A stretch of 29,871 nucleotides of DNA from Thermococcus sp. JdFR-02 (GCA_002009975.1 MTLP01000014.1:1-29871), one strand, 5' to 3'. Counted from the first letter of the stretch, positions 11,101-20,971 are shown. Notes: generated by a model not told the origin, from the letters alone. A program made the numbers and translations.

Positions 11101-11382
11101 TTGGAAATAATCCTTGATAAATTTAAGCCAAAAATAACACGTCCCTTTAAGAGAAAGAATGAATATTGGGTTAAGCTTATTGATGAAAACGGGGAATTTG
11201 TTATGAAGTTTAAGACACCCTTAGAAGCTGAAGATGCTATCTATGGTCTACTTGATCTGCAAGTTTATGGTGGAAAGGTTAAGTTAAAAATTAGAGAGGG
11301 AAATGTCATAGAGGACATTGAAATTTTAGAACTTTACAAACCCTCAGCAAAAGAGTTGGTTAATGAGTATTTTACAGACTAA
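11101..11382 (+). CDS. Small hypothetical protein
   Basis: Strong SD GGAGGTGA (11088-11095) before TTG at 11101; typical composition; T-rich tract after the stop. Confidence 0.7.
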   Translation: MEIILDKFKPKITRPFKRKNEYWVKLIDENGEFVMKFKTPLEAEDAIYGLLDLQVYGGKVKLKIREGNVIEDIEILELYKPSAKELVNEYFTD

Positions 11383-11541
11383 TCTCTTTTTGCATATTAT
11401 TGTACATTACTCCGCTCTTTCTAACAAAAACCTATATATATTGTATCAAAACATAAATATATATTAGACAAAATTAAGCAGAAATAAAAGGTATTTCCTA
11501 CTCAATTCTCGCTAAAATAATCTGTATAGGAGGTTACTTTC

Positions 11542-12057
11542 ATGCCAAAAAAGAGGAGCAAAGAGTTGCTTGAACTCGTAAGAGACATTGGGGGAGAGGA
11601 GGCTGTTGAGGTAATTAAGGCTTTAGAAAAGAAAGGAGAAGCCACAGATGAAGAAATCGCTGAAATCACGGAAATTAGAGTAAATACTGTGCGCAAGATT
11701 TTGTACATGCTCTATGACCACCAACTAGCAGAGTTTAGGAGGATCAGGGATAAAGAAACTGGATGGTATTACTACTACTGGCATCTTGAAACTAAACGCT
11801 TACCCGAGATTTTAAGGTCTAGGAAAATGAAAGAGCTGAAAAAGCTTAAGCAAATGCTCGAAGAAGAAACTCAAGAAATCTACTATCACTGTGGAATTCC
11901 AGGGCATCCAAAATTAACCTTTGATGAGGCATTGGAATATGAATTTCAGTGTCCAATTTGTGGACAAATGTTGCACCAATATGATAATACCAAAATCGTT
12001 GAAGAGCTGAAGAAAAGGATATCTGAACTGGAAAAAGAGCTAGGGATAAAAGCTTAG
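11542..12057 (+). CDS. tfe: Transcription factor E (TFE alpha)
   Basis: Winged helix ([28 protein letters not shown]) and zinc ribbon (C...H...LTFDEA...FQCPICG). Confidence 0.95.
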   Translation: MPKKRSKELLELVRDIGGEEAVEVIKALEKKGEATDEEIAEITEIRVNTVRKILYMLYDHQLAEFRRIRDKETGWYYYYWHLETKRLPEILRSRKMKELKKLKQMLEEETQEIYYHCGIPGHPKLTFDEALEYEFQCPICGQMLHQYDNTKIVEELKKRISELEKELGIKA

Positions 12058-12098
12058 CTTTTTTAGATTCTTGTAATCTTGAATGGAAGGGGTATGCG

Positions 12099-12830
12099 AT
12101 GCAGGAAGTTATAATTTTGGAAAAAGTATATGGCGATAGAAGCGGCTTTGAAAAGCTAAATAGAAAGCTCAAAGCTTTAATTGGAGATTTAGACATTGAA
12201 TGGAAAATTGGGACAACCCAAAAGCAATGGGTTAAAATTAAGTTGGAAGGAGAAGATGAAGAGGTTTCCGCTAACCTGATAAGGGAAGAGTTTGGCGAAG
12301 TTCCTTATAAATTGAGCAAGATAAATGAAGGTGAAATTTACAGGGGGAGATTTATAGATCTGGGGAAAGTTGGATATGGGACCTATGTTGACATCGGAAT
12401 ATTCTCGCCCTCCCCAAAAGATGCTCTTATTCCTCTCTATTATCTAAAAGAGACTTTTGGAAATAGACCAGTGAGAGAGATGATAAGAAAGTTTGGTTGG
12501 GTTGATTTTCTGCCAGTAGAAATAGTGATAAACAGAGTAGAATTTGGAGCTAGGGAAGTTGAGGCATACTTCACTGATAAGCAGGTTAAAAAAATAAAAA
12601 CATGGATAAGTGATGGTTATGACAAACTTTTCGTCGTAGGAACAGTTAGCGAAAATATTGAGGAAGCTCTAGTAAAAACTGGACATTCGCGGGATGTTAG
12701 AAGAATTGAAGAACTTGGACTAATGGAAACTCTACTAATTCTAAAAAAAGGTACCCAAGCACCAGGAATAATTAAAGCCATTGGACCGTATATAAGGTCT
12801 GCAGTTATTGGAGCTATTAAATTCGAATAA
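12099..12830 (+). CDS. DUF2110 family protein (OB-fold-containing, commonly downstream of tfe)
   Basis: GKVGYGTYVDIG, GHSRDV, GTQAPGII motifs; position after tfe. Confidence 0.8.
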   Translation: MQEVIILEKVYGDRSGFEKLNRKLKALIGDLDIEWKIGTTQKQWVKIKLEGEDEEVSANLIREEFGEVPYKLSKINEGEIYRGRFIDLGKVGYGTYVDIGIFSPSPKDALIPLYYLKETFGNRPVREMIRKFGWVDFLPVEIVINRVEFGAREVEAYFTDKQVKKIKTWISDGYDKLFVVGTVSENIEEALVKTGHSRDVRRIEELGLMETLLILKKGTQAPGIIKAIGPYIRSAVIGAIKFE

Positions 12831-14204
12831 TTAAGTTTTAGTCACAATGCAGTACTGTATAAATCTAATAGAAAGTGCTGAGAGCACCAAAATTAAAGAG
12901 GCAAAAATAGTCTTATCAAGAGTTAAAATGAAAAAATAGGCAATACCAACTAATGTTAAGAAAGACTCCGCTTTAACAATCTTTCCTATTCTCTCTATAT
13001 TTTTAATTGCAATGTACGCTATTAATGCTATTTGGACAAAACCATCTTTTATCAGATTTAAAAACATAGCCCAAAACGTATATCCACTTAAAAACTTCTT
13101 GGGTGCTGGGACATCAAAGAATAAGAGAACCAACAAAGCTCCAAGTATCGTTAAGCCTAAGTGCATGTAATTGGGCTTGTATCTCTTAGAATGCGACAAA
13201 ATAAAGGCTATTGGGATAGTTATAGCATAAATATTGGAAGATATTGCAAGAAGTACAGAAATGGAAAGTAAGACATTTTCTAATTTTGCCTCTCTACTGC
13301 CTAGCTTGAAGGAAAAGTTCATCATTAAAGCGAAGGCCAATATGGATGTTAGTATGAAGAAAAGGGCAAAATCCATTGTTTTTACATACTCCCTAAAGAT
13401 TGGGGAAGAAAAAGCTAATCCAAAGATTAAAAATCCAAGCTCTCTCGAGGACTTAGGGGCTAAGAAAAAGGTAAGGGTTATTATTAGGAGTATCATTGTG
13501 ATCTGTAGAGAAAAAACAGCTTCTTCAGATGGGGAAAATATTCTAAACCATAGGTACATAATGTAGCTTATGAAAGGTGCGTTCCCCTGACCGAATTTAA
13601 TTTCCAAAGCCTTTTGAAAAGCCGATTTGATGAATCCCTGGCTCATTCCAAACTCGTTTGTATTGAGGATCCAGAGAATCAGCAAAAGCATTGAGAGCAA
13701 ATAGAGCCATTTCACATATGTATCATATTTTGAGAGGATATAGAAGAAAGAGAGAATAAGCAGGGCAGAGATTATTAACAACCCATAGATTTCTTTACTT
13801 GTAAATTCTCTGATCTCAGAAAAAGCTTCTTGAACTTTAAAGAGATTCTCCTCACTTCCAGTAACAAGAATAGCATTGTAAACGACGATTATATTTGGAT
13901 TTAAAGACTCCTCTGGAGGAAGATTTGTTAATTCCCAAACCTCTCTCATTTGAGGATTATCATAAACATTTCCAACAAGAATTACAGTTTCGTTCCCCTG
14001 AGCTTTTATTTTTGATAGCTTTCCCTCTATATACCAACTCCAGGATTTTGATGCAAGACTCTCACCAGGAATTACAACATAGGTTGAGTTAGAGCTTAAG
14101 AACTCAGCAAAAGCTTCTTTGTTTGGATAAAATCGCACATTAGAAGAGGCACTAGCTAAGGGAATGAAAAGTAGTAGGATAATAATCACAATAAACTTCC
14201 TCAT
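12831..14204 (-). CDS. Membrane protein: signal peptide, extracellular N-terminal domain and multi-TM domain (GT-C-like)
   Basis: Signal peptide MRKFIVIIILLLFIPLASA; about 120-aa soluble domain; roughly 10 hydrophobic segments; SD GGTGGTGA. Confidence 0.7.
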   Translation of the reverse strand: MRKFIVIIILLLFIPLASASSNVRFYPNKEAFAEFLSSNSTYVVIPGESLASKSWSWYIEGKLSKIKAQGNETVILVGNVYDNPQMREVWELTNLPPEESLNPNIIVVYNAILVTGSEENLFKVQEAFSEIREFTSKEIYGLLIISALLILSFFYILSKYDTYVKWLYLLSMLLLILWILNTNEFGMSQGFIKSAFQKALEIKFGQGNAPFISYIMYLWFRIFSPSEEAVFSLQITMILLIITLTFFLAPKSSRELGFLIFGLAFSSPIFREYVKTMDFALFFILTSILAFALMMNFSFKLGSREAKLENVLLSISVLLAISSNIYAITIPIAFILSHSKRYKPNYMHLGLTILGALLVLLFFDVPAPKKFLSGYTFWAMFLNLIKDGFVQIALIAYIAIKNIERIGKIVKAESFLTLVGIAYFFILTLDKTIFASLILVLSALSIRFIQYCIVTKT

Positions 14205-14246
14205 TTCACCACCTTAGTTAAGATTGAACGTAGGCATTAAAAAAGT

Positions 14247-14314
14247 TAGTGTAGCCCGGTCCAGCGCGGTGTCATCGTTAGGGCTTTTTGCCCATCTCCA
14301 CCGCGCATCCAGAA
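14247..14314 (-). ncRNA. Candidate single-hairpin H/ACA-like sRNA with K-turn
   Basis: Minus strand: TTCTGGAT-GCGCGGTG-GAGAT-GGGC-AAAAA-GCCC-TAACGATGA-CACCGCGC-TGGACCGGGCT-ACA-CT, then an oligo-T tract. 8-bp GC stem, GA/UGA K-turn elements, 3' ACA box; TTAAAT TATA-like box about 14335-14340. Confidence 0.6.
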
Positions 14315-14374
14315 TAGATTCTTTAAAGTTGACAATTTAAGATTTACTCTTCTAAAATAAGTTAAGAAAAAGAA

Positions 14375-15250
14375 TCATTCGGACTTTTCTTCAAGTCTTT
14401 GAAGAAGTTTTTCAGCTATCTTCATAATTGCTTCAGAGGCTAAGCTTTCACTATGAAGAACTATTGGAATTCCCAAATCACTCGCTTCCCTTGCTTTTAA
14501 GTCAATTGGAATCTTCCCCAAAAAATCAACTCCTTCTTTTTGAGCCAACTTCTCTCCTCCACCCTCTCCAAAGAGGTCAATCTTGTTTCCACAATGGGGA
14601 CAAATGAGGTAGCTCATGTTTTCTATAACAGCTATGTATGGGACGTTCATCTGCTTCATCATGTTTACTGCTTTTCCTGTATCAAGCAAAGCAACTTCTT
14701 GAGGAGTTGTCACTATAATTGCAGCATCGAGCTTTAATGTTTGAGTAACAGTTAGTATTTGATCTCCTGTTCCTGGAGGAAAGTCAATTATCATAAAATC
14801 CAGCTCTCCCCATTTAACGTCACCTAAAAGCTGCTTAATTGCCTTTGTAACGAGCGCGCCTCTCCACACAATCGGCTGATTTTCTGGAACCATCATGCCC
14901 ATACTCATAACCTTTATTGGCGTTACTTGACCCATAAAGTCATTTACTGGAGGTATCATTTCAAAATGTCCGTCTTCAAATTTCTCTGCTAAGATTTCCT
15001 CCTTCTCAACTCCAAGCATCTTAGCAACATTTGGACCATGAACATCCGCATCTAAGATTCCCACAAAATAGCCAAGCTTTGCAAAAGCTGTTGCAAGATT
15101 TACGGCAACTGTGGACTTTCCAACACCACCTTTACCACTTAAGACTGCTATTTTATATTTCCACTGCTTTTGTTTCTCATTAATTCTTTTGGTTAATGGA
15201 TCGACACCAAATCCCGGGACATTAATTGTTGGGGGAGTTTTGATAACCAT
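14375..15250 (-). CDS. mrp: Mrp/NBP35 (ApbC) Fe-S cluster carrier ATPase
   Basis: SGKGGVGKST, DADVHGP, WRG, DFPPGTGD, ENMSYLICPHCG. SD GAGGTGA favours ATG at 15250. Confidence 0.92.
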   Translation of the reverse strand: MVIKTPPTINVPGFGVDPLTKRINEKQKQWKYKIAVLSGKGGVGKSTVAVNLATAFAKLGYFVGILDADVHGPNVAKMLGVEKEEILAEKFEDGHFEMIPPVNDFMGQVTPIKVMSMGMMVPENQPIVWRGALVTKAIKQLLGDVKWGELDFMIIDFPPGTGDQILTVTQTLKLDAAIIVTTPQEVALLDTGKAVNMMKQMNVPYIAVIENMSYLICPHCGNKIDLFGEGGGEKLAQKEGVDFLGKIPIDLKAREASDLGIPIVLHSESLASEAIMKIAEKLLQRLEEKSE

Positions 15251-15377
15251 GACCATCACCTCATTAGGCTTTCCTAATAAACTCTTAAAAAGGGCTTATA
15301 AGCTTTGTCATAAATAAATGCAATATTACACAGAAATGTGTAATGAATAATAACCAAAAAGCAAGAAAAGAGAAAAC

Positions 15378-16325
15378 TCAAGGCAATTCAACTTCTTTTC
15401 CAAGGACCTTCCACATCTCTTTGATTTGCTCTTTAAGTTGTTGTATCGCCTCTGGATTCTTTAAGAGATGCTTAAATCTTCCTTGTAGCTTGAGGTATTC
15501 CTCAATTGGCTTTTTGAACTTTCCATCCTTGGGGAACCTTTGGAATTTGATGTTCCTAAAGTCACCGTTTTCAATCTCAAATAGTGGCCATACTCCAGTC
15601 TCAATAGCTAATCTAGCAACTTCGACACTCTTTTCTGGTGGAACTCTCCAACCAGGTACACATGTGCCTTGAACTTGGATGAATGCTGGTCCATCAACTT
15701 TAGCAGCTTTCTTAACTTTTCTATAGAAGTCATATGGATCAGCAATGCTTGCTGTTGCAACGTATGGAACCATGTGAGCTGCTGCTATTAAAGCTACCCA
15801 CTTCTTTGGCTTATCTTCACCTATTGAGTACTTTCCAGGTGGTGAAGTTGTTGTCCATGCTCCGTAGGGTGTTGATGAAGACCTCTGAATACCAGTATTC
15901 ATGTAAGCCTCATTATCATACATAATGTAAACCACATTGTGCCTTCTTTCGAGCATACCGCTCAAAGCTTGTAGACCGATATCCGCTGTACCACCATCTC
16001 CAGCAAATGCTAATATCTTTCCTTTGTATCCGAGCTTCTTCCATGCTGCTTCAACACCACTTGCAGCTGCGGCAGCGTTTTCAAAAGCTACATGGATCCA
16101 TGGGGCTTTCCAAGCTGTATATGGGAATACAGCAGAAACTACCTCCATACATCCTGTTGCGTGAGCAATTGCAAAGGCATCTGGATCTCCATACTTTTCC
16201 TCCATTGCCTCACTAAACGCCTTTGTAGCTAAGCGCATTACTATTGCACATCCACATCCAGCACATGCAGCATGACCAGGTGCCCAGTACTCGCGAGTTG
16301 TGATAGGAGGTTTTCTAACAGCCAT
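15378..16325 (-). CDS. porB: Pyruvate:ferredoxin oxidoreductase beta subunit
   Basis: [24 protein letters not shown] motif, [14 protein letters not shown]; last gene of the cluster. Confidence 0.93.
   Translation of the reverse strand: MAVRKPPITTREYWAPGHAACAGCGCAIVMRLATKAFSEAMEEKYGDPDAFAIAHATGCMEVVSAVFPYTAWKAPWIHVAFENAAAAASGVEAAWKKLGYKGKILAFAGDGGTADIGLQALSGMLERRHNVVYIMYDNEAYMNTGIQRSSSTPYGAWTTTSPPGKYSIGEDKPKKWVALIAAAHMVPYVATASIADPYDFYRKVKKAAKVDGPAFIQVQGTCVPGWRVPPEKSVEVARLAIETGVWPLFEIENGDFRNIKFQRFPKDGKFKKPIEEYLKLQGRFKHLLKNPEAIQQLKEQIKEMWKVLGKEVELP
15848..15932. repeat. 85-bp exact repeat, copy 1 (porB); copy 2 at 18370-18454 (vorB)
   Basis: Base-by-base comparison shows TTGTTGTCCATGCTCC...CATAATGTAAAC identical at both loci. 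Confidence 0.9.
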
Positions 16326-16335
16326 TTAAATCACC

Positions 16336-17520
16336 TCACAAAATCTCCTTCCTCAAACCAATCCAAAATACATCCTCTTCTACTCCTTCCTTCATAGCCT
16401 TCTCTGAAATCTCAATGACTTCCTCTAAGTTTGCAAATGTGACATCTCTTCCACCTAAGCCAAGTATGAAGTCAAGGACTATTGGCTTCTCGCTCTCGTT
16501 GATTAATGTTCTACCAACGTCACCAAACACTGCACCGCCCAATCCAAAGCTTATGTCTTTCTCAAGAATAGCTAATACCTTTGTCTTCTTTGCTAATGCT
16601 TTAATCTCTTCAATTGGGAATGGTCTGTAAACTGTTATCTTTGCAGCGCCTATCTTTAATCCCTCTTCTCTCTTCTTATCTACAAATTCTTTAACTGTTC
16701 CAGCCAATGAGCCCATTGTAACCAGAATTATCTCAGCATCCTCTGTCTTGTACTCTTCAACCATCTGGTATTTTCTTCCAAATTTCTTCTCAAACTCCTC
16801 AAATGCTTCTTTAATTACTTCTCTCGCATTCTCCATTGCTTCCCAAACTGTATAGCGAGCTTCCATATAGTGGGCTGGGAATCCTAAAGCACCTTGTGTA
16901 ATTGGTCTCTTTGGATCGAGATAGGCATGTTTTGGAACGTATTCTCCCAAGAACTCGTCAACAACTTCTTGATCTGGAATCTCAACTGGCTCAACTGTGT
17001 GTGTTAAAATGAATGCATCGAATCCAGTCATTGCTGGGAGTAAAACTCTTTCATCTTCAGCAACTTTAAAAGCTATTAATATCAAGTCCAAAGCTTCTTG
17101 GTTGTTCTCAGCATAGAATTGCAACCATCCAGTGTCTCTTTCACTTATAGTGTCTTGCCAGTCATTCCAAATATTAATTGGAGCTGATAATGCTCTGTTA
17201 CCAATTGCCATAACTATTGGCAATCTCATTCCGGCTGCGATAAATAAAATCTCATGCATCAAAGCTAAACCTTGTGAAGCTGTAGCAGTGAAAACTCTAA
17301 CTCCCGCCGCTGAAGCACCTACACAAGCAGATATAGCTGAGTGCTCACTTTCAACTTTGATAAATTCGGCATCCATTTCACCATTTGCAACAAACTCACT
17401 AATTTTTTCTGGAACAAGTGTTGATGGTGTAATTGGGAATGCAGCAACTACCTTTGGCTTTGCAAGCTTAGCAGCCCAAGCTGCGGCTTCATTACCCTTC
17501 ATAACTTTCCATGTGGGCAT
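16336..17520 (-). CDS. porA: Pyruvate:ferredoxin oxidoreductase alpha subunit
   Basis: AAFPITPS, VESEHSA, NRALSAPINIWND. Confidence 0.93.
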   Translation of the reverse strand: MPTWKVMKGNEAAAWAAKLAKPKVVAAFPITPSTLVPEKISEFVANGEMDAEFIKVESEHSAISACVGASAAGVRVFTATASQGLALMHEILFIAAGMRLPIVMAIGNRALSAPINIWNDWQDTISERDTGWLQFYAENNQEALDLILIAFKVAEDERVLLPAMTGFDAFILTHTVEPVEIPDQEVVDEFLGEYVPKHAYLDPKRPITQGALGFPAHYMEARYTVWEAMENAREVIKEAFEEFEKKFGRKYQMVEEYKTEDAEIILVTMGSLAGTVKEFVDKKREEGLKIGAAKITVYRPFPIEEIKALAKKTKVLAILEKDISFGLGGAVFGDVGRTLINESEKPIVLDFILGLGGRDVTFANLEEVIEISEKAMKEGVEEDVFWIGLRKEIL

Positions 17521-17530
17521 TCATATCACC

Positions 17531-17848
17531 TCACTTAACTTCTCTAACCATTACAATAGCTTTAGTTGGACATTCGTTCGCACAAATTCCACAACCCTTA
17601 CAATAATCATAGTCAAACACTGGGTAGCTCTCATCGTCTAAGTAAATAGCTGGTTCTGGACAGTAAGTGTAACAGAGAAAACATCTAACACATTTGTCCT
17701 TGTTAAATTCTGGTATGAAGACTCTCCAAGAACCTGTTTTGTTTATCACGCTGCTCCCTGGGAGATACACAACGGCTCCAGGTGTCATTTTTTCACTATA
17801 CTCTTTTTTTACTCTTTCAATATCAGCCTTAAATGGGCTTTCAGCCAT
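17531..17848 (-). CDS. porD: Pyruvate:ferredoxin oxidoreductase delta subunit (2x[4Fe-4S])
   Basis: MAESPFKADIER start, TGSWR, two CxxCxxCxxxCP motifs; SD GAGGTGG. Confidence 0.92.
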   Translation of the reverse strand: MAESPFKADIERVKKEYSEKMTPGAVVYLPGSSVINKTGSWRVFIPEFNKDKCVRCFLCYTYCPEPAIYLDDESYPVFDYDYCKGCGICANECPTKAIVMVREVK

Positions 17849-17883
17849 ATATACCACCTCAAGTGAATCATATCCACTTACAA

Positions 17884-17897
17884 ACTTAAACTTTTCT
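17884..17897 (-). promoter_or_regulatory. Probable internal BRE/TATA promoter for porDAB
   Basis: Minus strand AGAAAAGTTTAAGT in the 66-bp vorB-porD gap, after T-rich tracts following the vorB stop. Confidence 0.5.
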
Positions 17898-17914
17898 TAT
17901 AAAAAATTTAAAAA

Positions 17915-18850
17915 TCAACCGAAGATCTCGGCTTTCTTCTTAAGCAATTCCCATCTCTTTAACACCCATTCTTGCAAGATTTCAATGTCTTCCTTTGTCA
18001 TGTACTTGAACCTTCCTTGCAACTTAAGGAACTCAATAAGTGGCTTTGGTTCCTTCTTTGTTGATGGCATGTTTATTTTGTACTTTCCGTTTTCATACTC
18101 GTATAGTGGGAAGTAAGCCGTTTGAACCGCTAAGCGAGCAAGCTCAATGCTCTTATCTGTTGGGCTTCTCCATCCAGTTGGACATGATGCATATAGCTGA
18201 ATAAAGCTTGGTCCCTTAATCTTTTGTGCCTTCTTAAGTTTTCTAATGAAATCTTCCGGATAAGCAATGCTTGCCGTTGCGGCATAAGGAATGTCATGGG
18301 CTATTACGATATCAATAACGCTCTTTTTGTGCCTCTTCTCAAGGAAGTGCTTCTTTCCACCAGGTGTGTTTGTTGTCCATGCTCCGTAGGGTGTTGATGA
18401 AGACCTCTGAATACCAGTATTCATGTAAGCCTCATTATCATACATAATGTAAACTGCATCGTGACCTCTCTCAAGGAATCCACTTAATGCTTGCAAACCA
18501 ATATCTGCTGTACCACCATCTCCAGCCCAGCCAACGACCATTATTCCATCTTCACCCTTAACCTTGTATCCCTTAGCCTTTAATGCGGCTTCAATACCAC
18601 CAATTACTGCACCAGTTGTTTCAAAGGCTGTGTGGAATAATGGTGCCCCAAATGCTGAATAGGGCCATGGACCTGCTATGATTGTTGAACAACAAGCGGG
18701 AATTGAGAATATGGTTTTCTTTCCATAGGCTTTTAAGACGTACCTTAATCCTAAGGCTGCTCCACATCCTTGACAAGCTGTGTGTCCAGCATAAAAGTGC
18801 TCCTCAAAGGGAATTGAGACTCTTTTCTTAACACTCTCAGGAATTTCCAT
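17915..18850 (-). CDS. vorB: 2-ketoisovalerate:ferredoxin oxidoreductase beta subunit
   Basis: GHTACQGCG, PACCSTIIAG, GDGG, CPTGW. SD GAGGTGA before ATG at 18850. Confidence 0.92.
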   Translation of the reverse strand: MEIPESVKKRVSIPFEEHFYAGHTACQGCGAALGLRYVLKAYGKKTIFSIPACCSTIIAGPWPYSAFGAPLFHTAFETTGAVIGGIEAALKAKGYKVKGEDGIMVVGWAGDGGTADIGLQALSGFLERGHDAVYIMYDNEAYMNTGIQRSSSTPYGAWTTNTPGGKKHFLEKRHKKSVIDIVIAHDIPYAATASIAYPEDFIRKLKKAQKIKGPSFIQLYASCPTGWRSPTDKSIELARLAVQTAYFPLYEYENGKYKINMPSTKKEPKPLIEFLKLQGRFKYMTKEDIEILQEWVLKRWELLKKKAEIFG

Positions 18851-18855
18851 TATTT

Positions 18856-20034
18856 TCACCTCTTCAAGTGGAACCAGTCAACTTCTTCATCTAATTTTCC
18901 ACTCTCAACAATCTTGAGCATGTCATTAGCTATTTTCTTCACATCTTCAACTGTAAAGTCTCTTCCACCAATTCCTACTATGTAATCTTTCATTATTGGT
19001 TTTGCATCTGTGTTGTATAGAACTCCCTTAGCTTCATTGAAGAGTATTCCTTCCTGTCCAAATGAGAAGTTCCTGTCTAAAACAGCTATTCCTTGAACGT
19101 TTTTAGCCAATTCATATAATTCCTCACTTGGGAATGGTCTGAACCATCTTACCTTAGCTGCTCCAACTTTATAACCCTCTCTTCTCAAAACATCAACAGC
19201 TTCCTTAACTGTTCCCATTAATGATCCCATGCCCATGAAAACAATGTCAGCATCCTCAGTTTTGTAAAGCTCGATCATTTGAGAATAATCTCTTCCAAAG
19301 CGCTCACCAAATTCTTTACCAACTTCTTTTATTACCTCTTTAGCCTTCTCCATCGCCTTTGCTATCTTGTATCTGAATTCGTAATAGTCAGCAGGTGTTG
19401 CCAATGCACCAACTGCAATTGGATTATCAAAGTCTGTTAAGGTATATAATGGCTTTCTTGGTGGTAAAAATTCATCTATTTCCTCTTGTGGTGGCATGTC
19501 AACAATTGCGTATGTATGGCTCAATATGAATGCACTCTCAATAATCATTGCTGGTAGTTGAACATCTTTGTGTTCAGCGACCTTAAATGCCATTAAAACG
19601 CCATCATAAACCTCTTGGTTGTTCTCAGCATAGAATTGCATCCAACCAGTATCTCTTTGAGCCAGAGAATCAGTTTGATCATCCCAAACGCTCCATGGTG
19701 GTGCCATTGCTCTGTTGACATCAACCATGACTATTGGTAATCTTGCTCCACTTGCCCAGTGAAGCATCTCATGCATCAAAGCCAAACCTTGAGCAGATGT
19801 AGCTGTAAAAGCCCTTGCACCGGTAGCTGAGGCACCTATACAAGCAGCCATAGCCGAGTGCTCACTTTCAACTGGAACGTATTGTATGTCACTCTCACCA
19901 TTAGCTATGAACTCGGCAATCTTTTCAATGATTGATGTTTGGGGAGTAATGGGATATGCAGCAACGACTTCAACTCTTGCATGCTTTGCAGCATAAGCAG
20001 CAGCGTAATTACCACTTACGACTTTTTTAACCAT
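18856..20034 (-). CDS. vorA: 2-ketoisovalerate:ferredoxin oxidoreductase alpha subunit
   Basis: AAYPITPQT, VESEHSA, NRAMAPPWSVWDD. Confidence 0.92.
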   Translation of the reverse strand: MVKKVVSGNYAAAYAAKHARVEVVAAYPITPQTSIIEKIAEFIANGESDIQYVPVESEHSAMAACIGASATGARAFTATSAQGLALMHEMLHWASGARLPIVMVDVNRAMAPPWSVWDDQTDSLAQRDTGWMQFYAENNQEVYDGVLMAFKVAEHKDVQLPAMIIESAFILSHTYAIVDMPPQEEIDEFLPPRKPLYTLTDFDNPIAVGALATPADYYEFRYKIAKAMEKAKEVIKEVGKEFGERFGRDYSQMIELYKTEDADIVFMGMGSLMGTVKEAVDVLRREGYKVGAAKVRWFRPFPSEELYELAKNVQGIAVLDRNFSFGQEGILFNEAKGVLYNTDAKPIMKDYIVGIGGRDFTVEDVKKIANDMLKIVESGKLDEEVDWFHLKR

Positions 20035-20043
20035 TTTACCACC

Positions 20044-20364
20044 TCACTTCTCTTCCCTTATCATTTCAATAGCCTTAGTTGGACATTCGTTCGCACAAAT
20101 TCCACAACCCTTACAAAAGTCGTAGTCAACTGCTGGATAGCCATCTGGTTTTATGTAAATTGAAGGTTCTGGACAGAACTTCCAACAAATATAACATTTC
20201 ACACACTTTTCTTCATTGATAACTGGCATAAAAGTTCTCCAATCACCTGTTTTATTCACTAATGTAGTTCCTAGGGAAATTGGAAGCTCTGGATACTCTT
20301 CAACCTTTTTAAACACAATTGGTTTAGCCTCTTCTAACTTCTCGCCAAACAGTGTATTTTTCAA
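20044..20364 (-). CDS. vorD: 2-ketoisovalerate:ferredoxin oxidoreductase delta subunit
   Basis: NTLFGEK N-terminus, TGDWR, two ferredoxin motifs. SD GAGGTG before TTG at 20364 (ORF open to 20373). Confidence 0.9.
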   Translation of the reverse strand: MKNTLFGEKLEEAKPIVFKKVEEYPELPISLGTTLVNKTGDWRTFMPVINEEKCVKCYICWKFCPEPSIYIKPDGYPAVDYDFCKGCGICANECPTKAIEMIREEK

Positions 20365-20397
20365 TTTTAACACCTCTAAAATGTTTTAAAAGGAAGA

Positions 20398-20955
20398 TTA
20401 GATCTCATAGACAACAGTGTCTTCAAAAGCTTTTCTTGCAGCCTTTGCGTTCTTTTCACCAAGCTCACCAGAGAAAGTCTCCTTAATTGCACCCTCAACA
20501 CTATCGATTTTAACAACACCTGTTGCCTTTGCCACTGCACCAAGGATAGATGTATTTGTAATTGGCAGTCCAAGGACTTCCAAAGCTATTGATGTAGCAT
20601 CAACTAATGCTAACTTCTTTGGTTTCTTCTTTAGTGATGCTAAGACCTCCTCTTTGCTCTTCTCTGTGTTAACGACAACAATTCCATCCTCTTTTAAACC
20701 TGCTGTAACATCAACACTTTCTAATAATGAAGGATCCAAAACAACTACAACATCTGGTTCATAGATTTGGGTCTTAATTCTAATTGGCTTCTCGTCAATT
20801 CTTGTAAATGCTGTAACTGGAGCACCTCTTCTTTCGACACCGAAGAATGGGAATGCTTGGACATATTTTCCTTCTGAAAAGGCTGCTTCAGCTAAAATGT
20901 TCGCAGCAGTAACTGCACCTTGTCCACCTCTACCGTGAAAACGAATTTCTATCAT
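20398..20955 (-). CDS. porG: Shared pyruvate/ketoisovalerate oxidoreductase gamma subunit
   Basis: [26 protein letters not shown]; single gamma gene heading the vorDAB-porDAB cluster. Confidence 0.94.
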
Positions 20956-20971
20956 CCTCTTATCCCCCTAA

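Noticed and set aside
14255-14310. Fluoride (crcB) riboswitch interpretation of GGAGATGG...GATGAC
   Set aside because: The pseudoknot pairings of the crcB motif cannot be formed and the downstream gene is not a recognisable fluoride exporter; a K-turn/ACA hairpin fits better.
15294-15303. Palindrome GCTTATAAGC upstream of mrp
   Set aside because: Adequately explained as the TATA box (TTATAA).
17132-18116. Long antisense ORFs over por/vor (also 409-828, 9290-9670, 13234-13566, 20417-20764, 28226-28585)
   Set aside because: Shadow frames of well-supported genes, with no SD or recognisable motifs.
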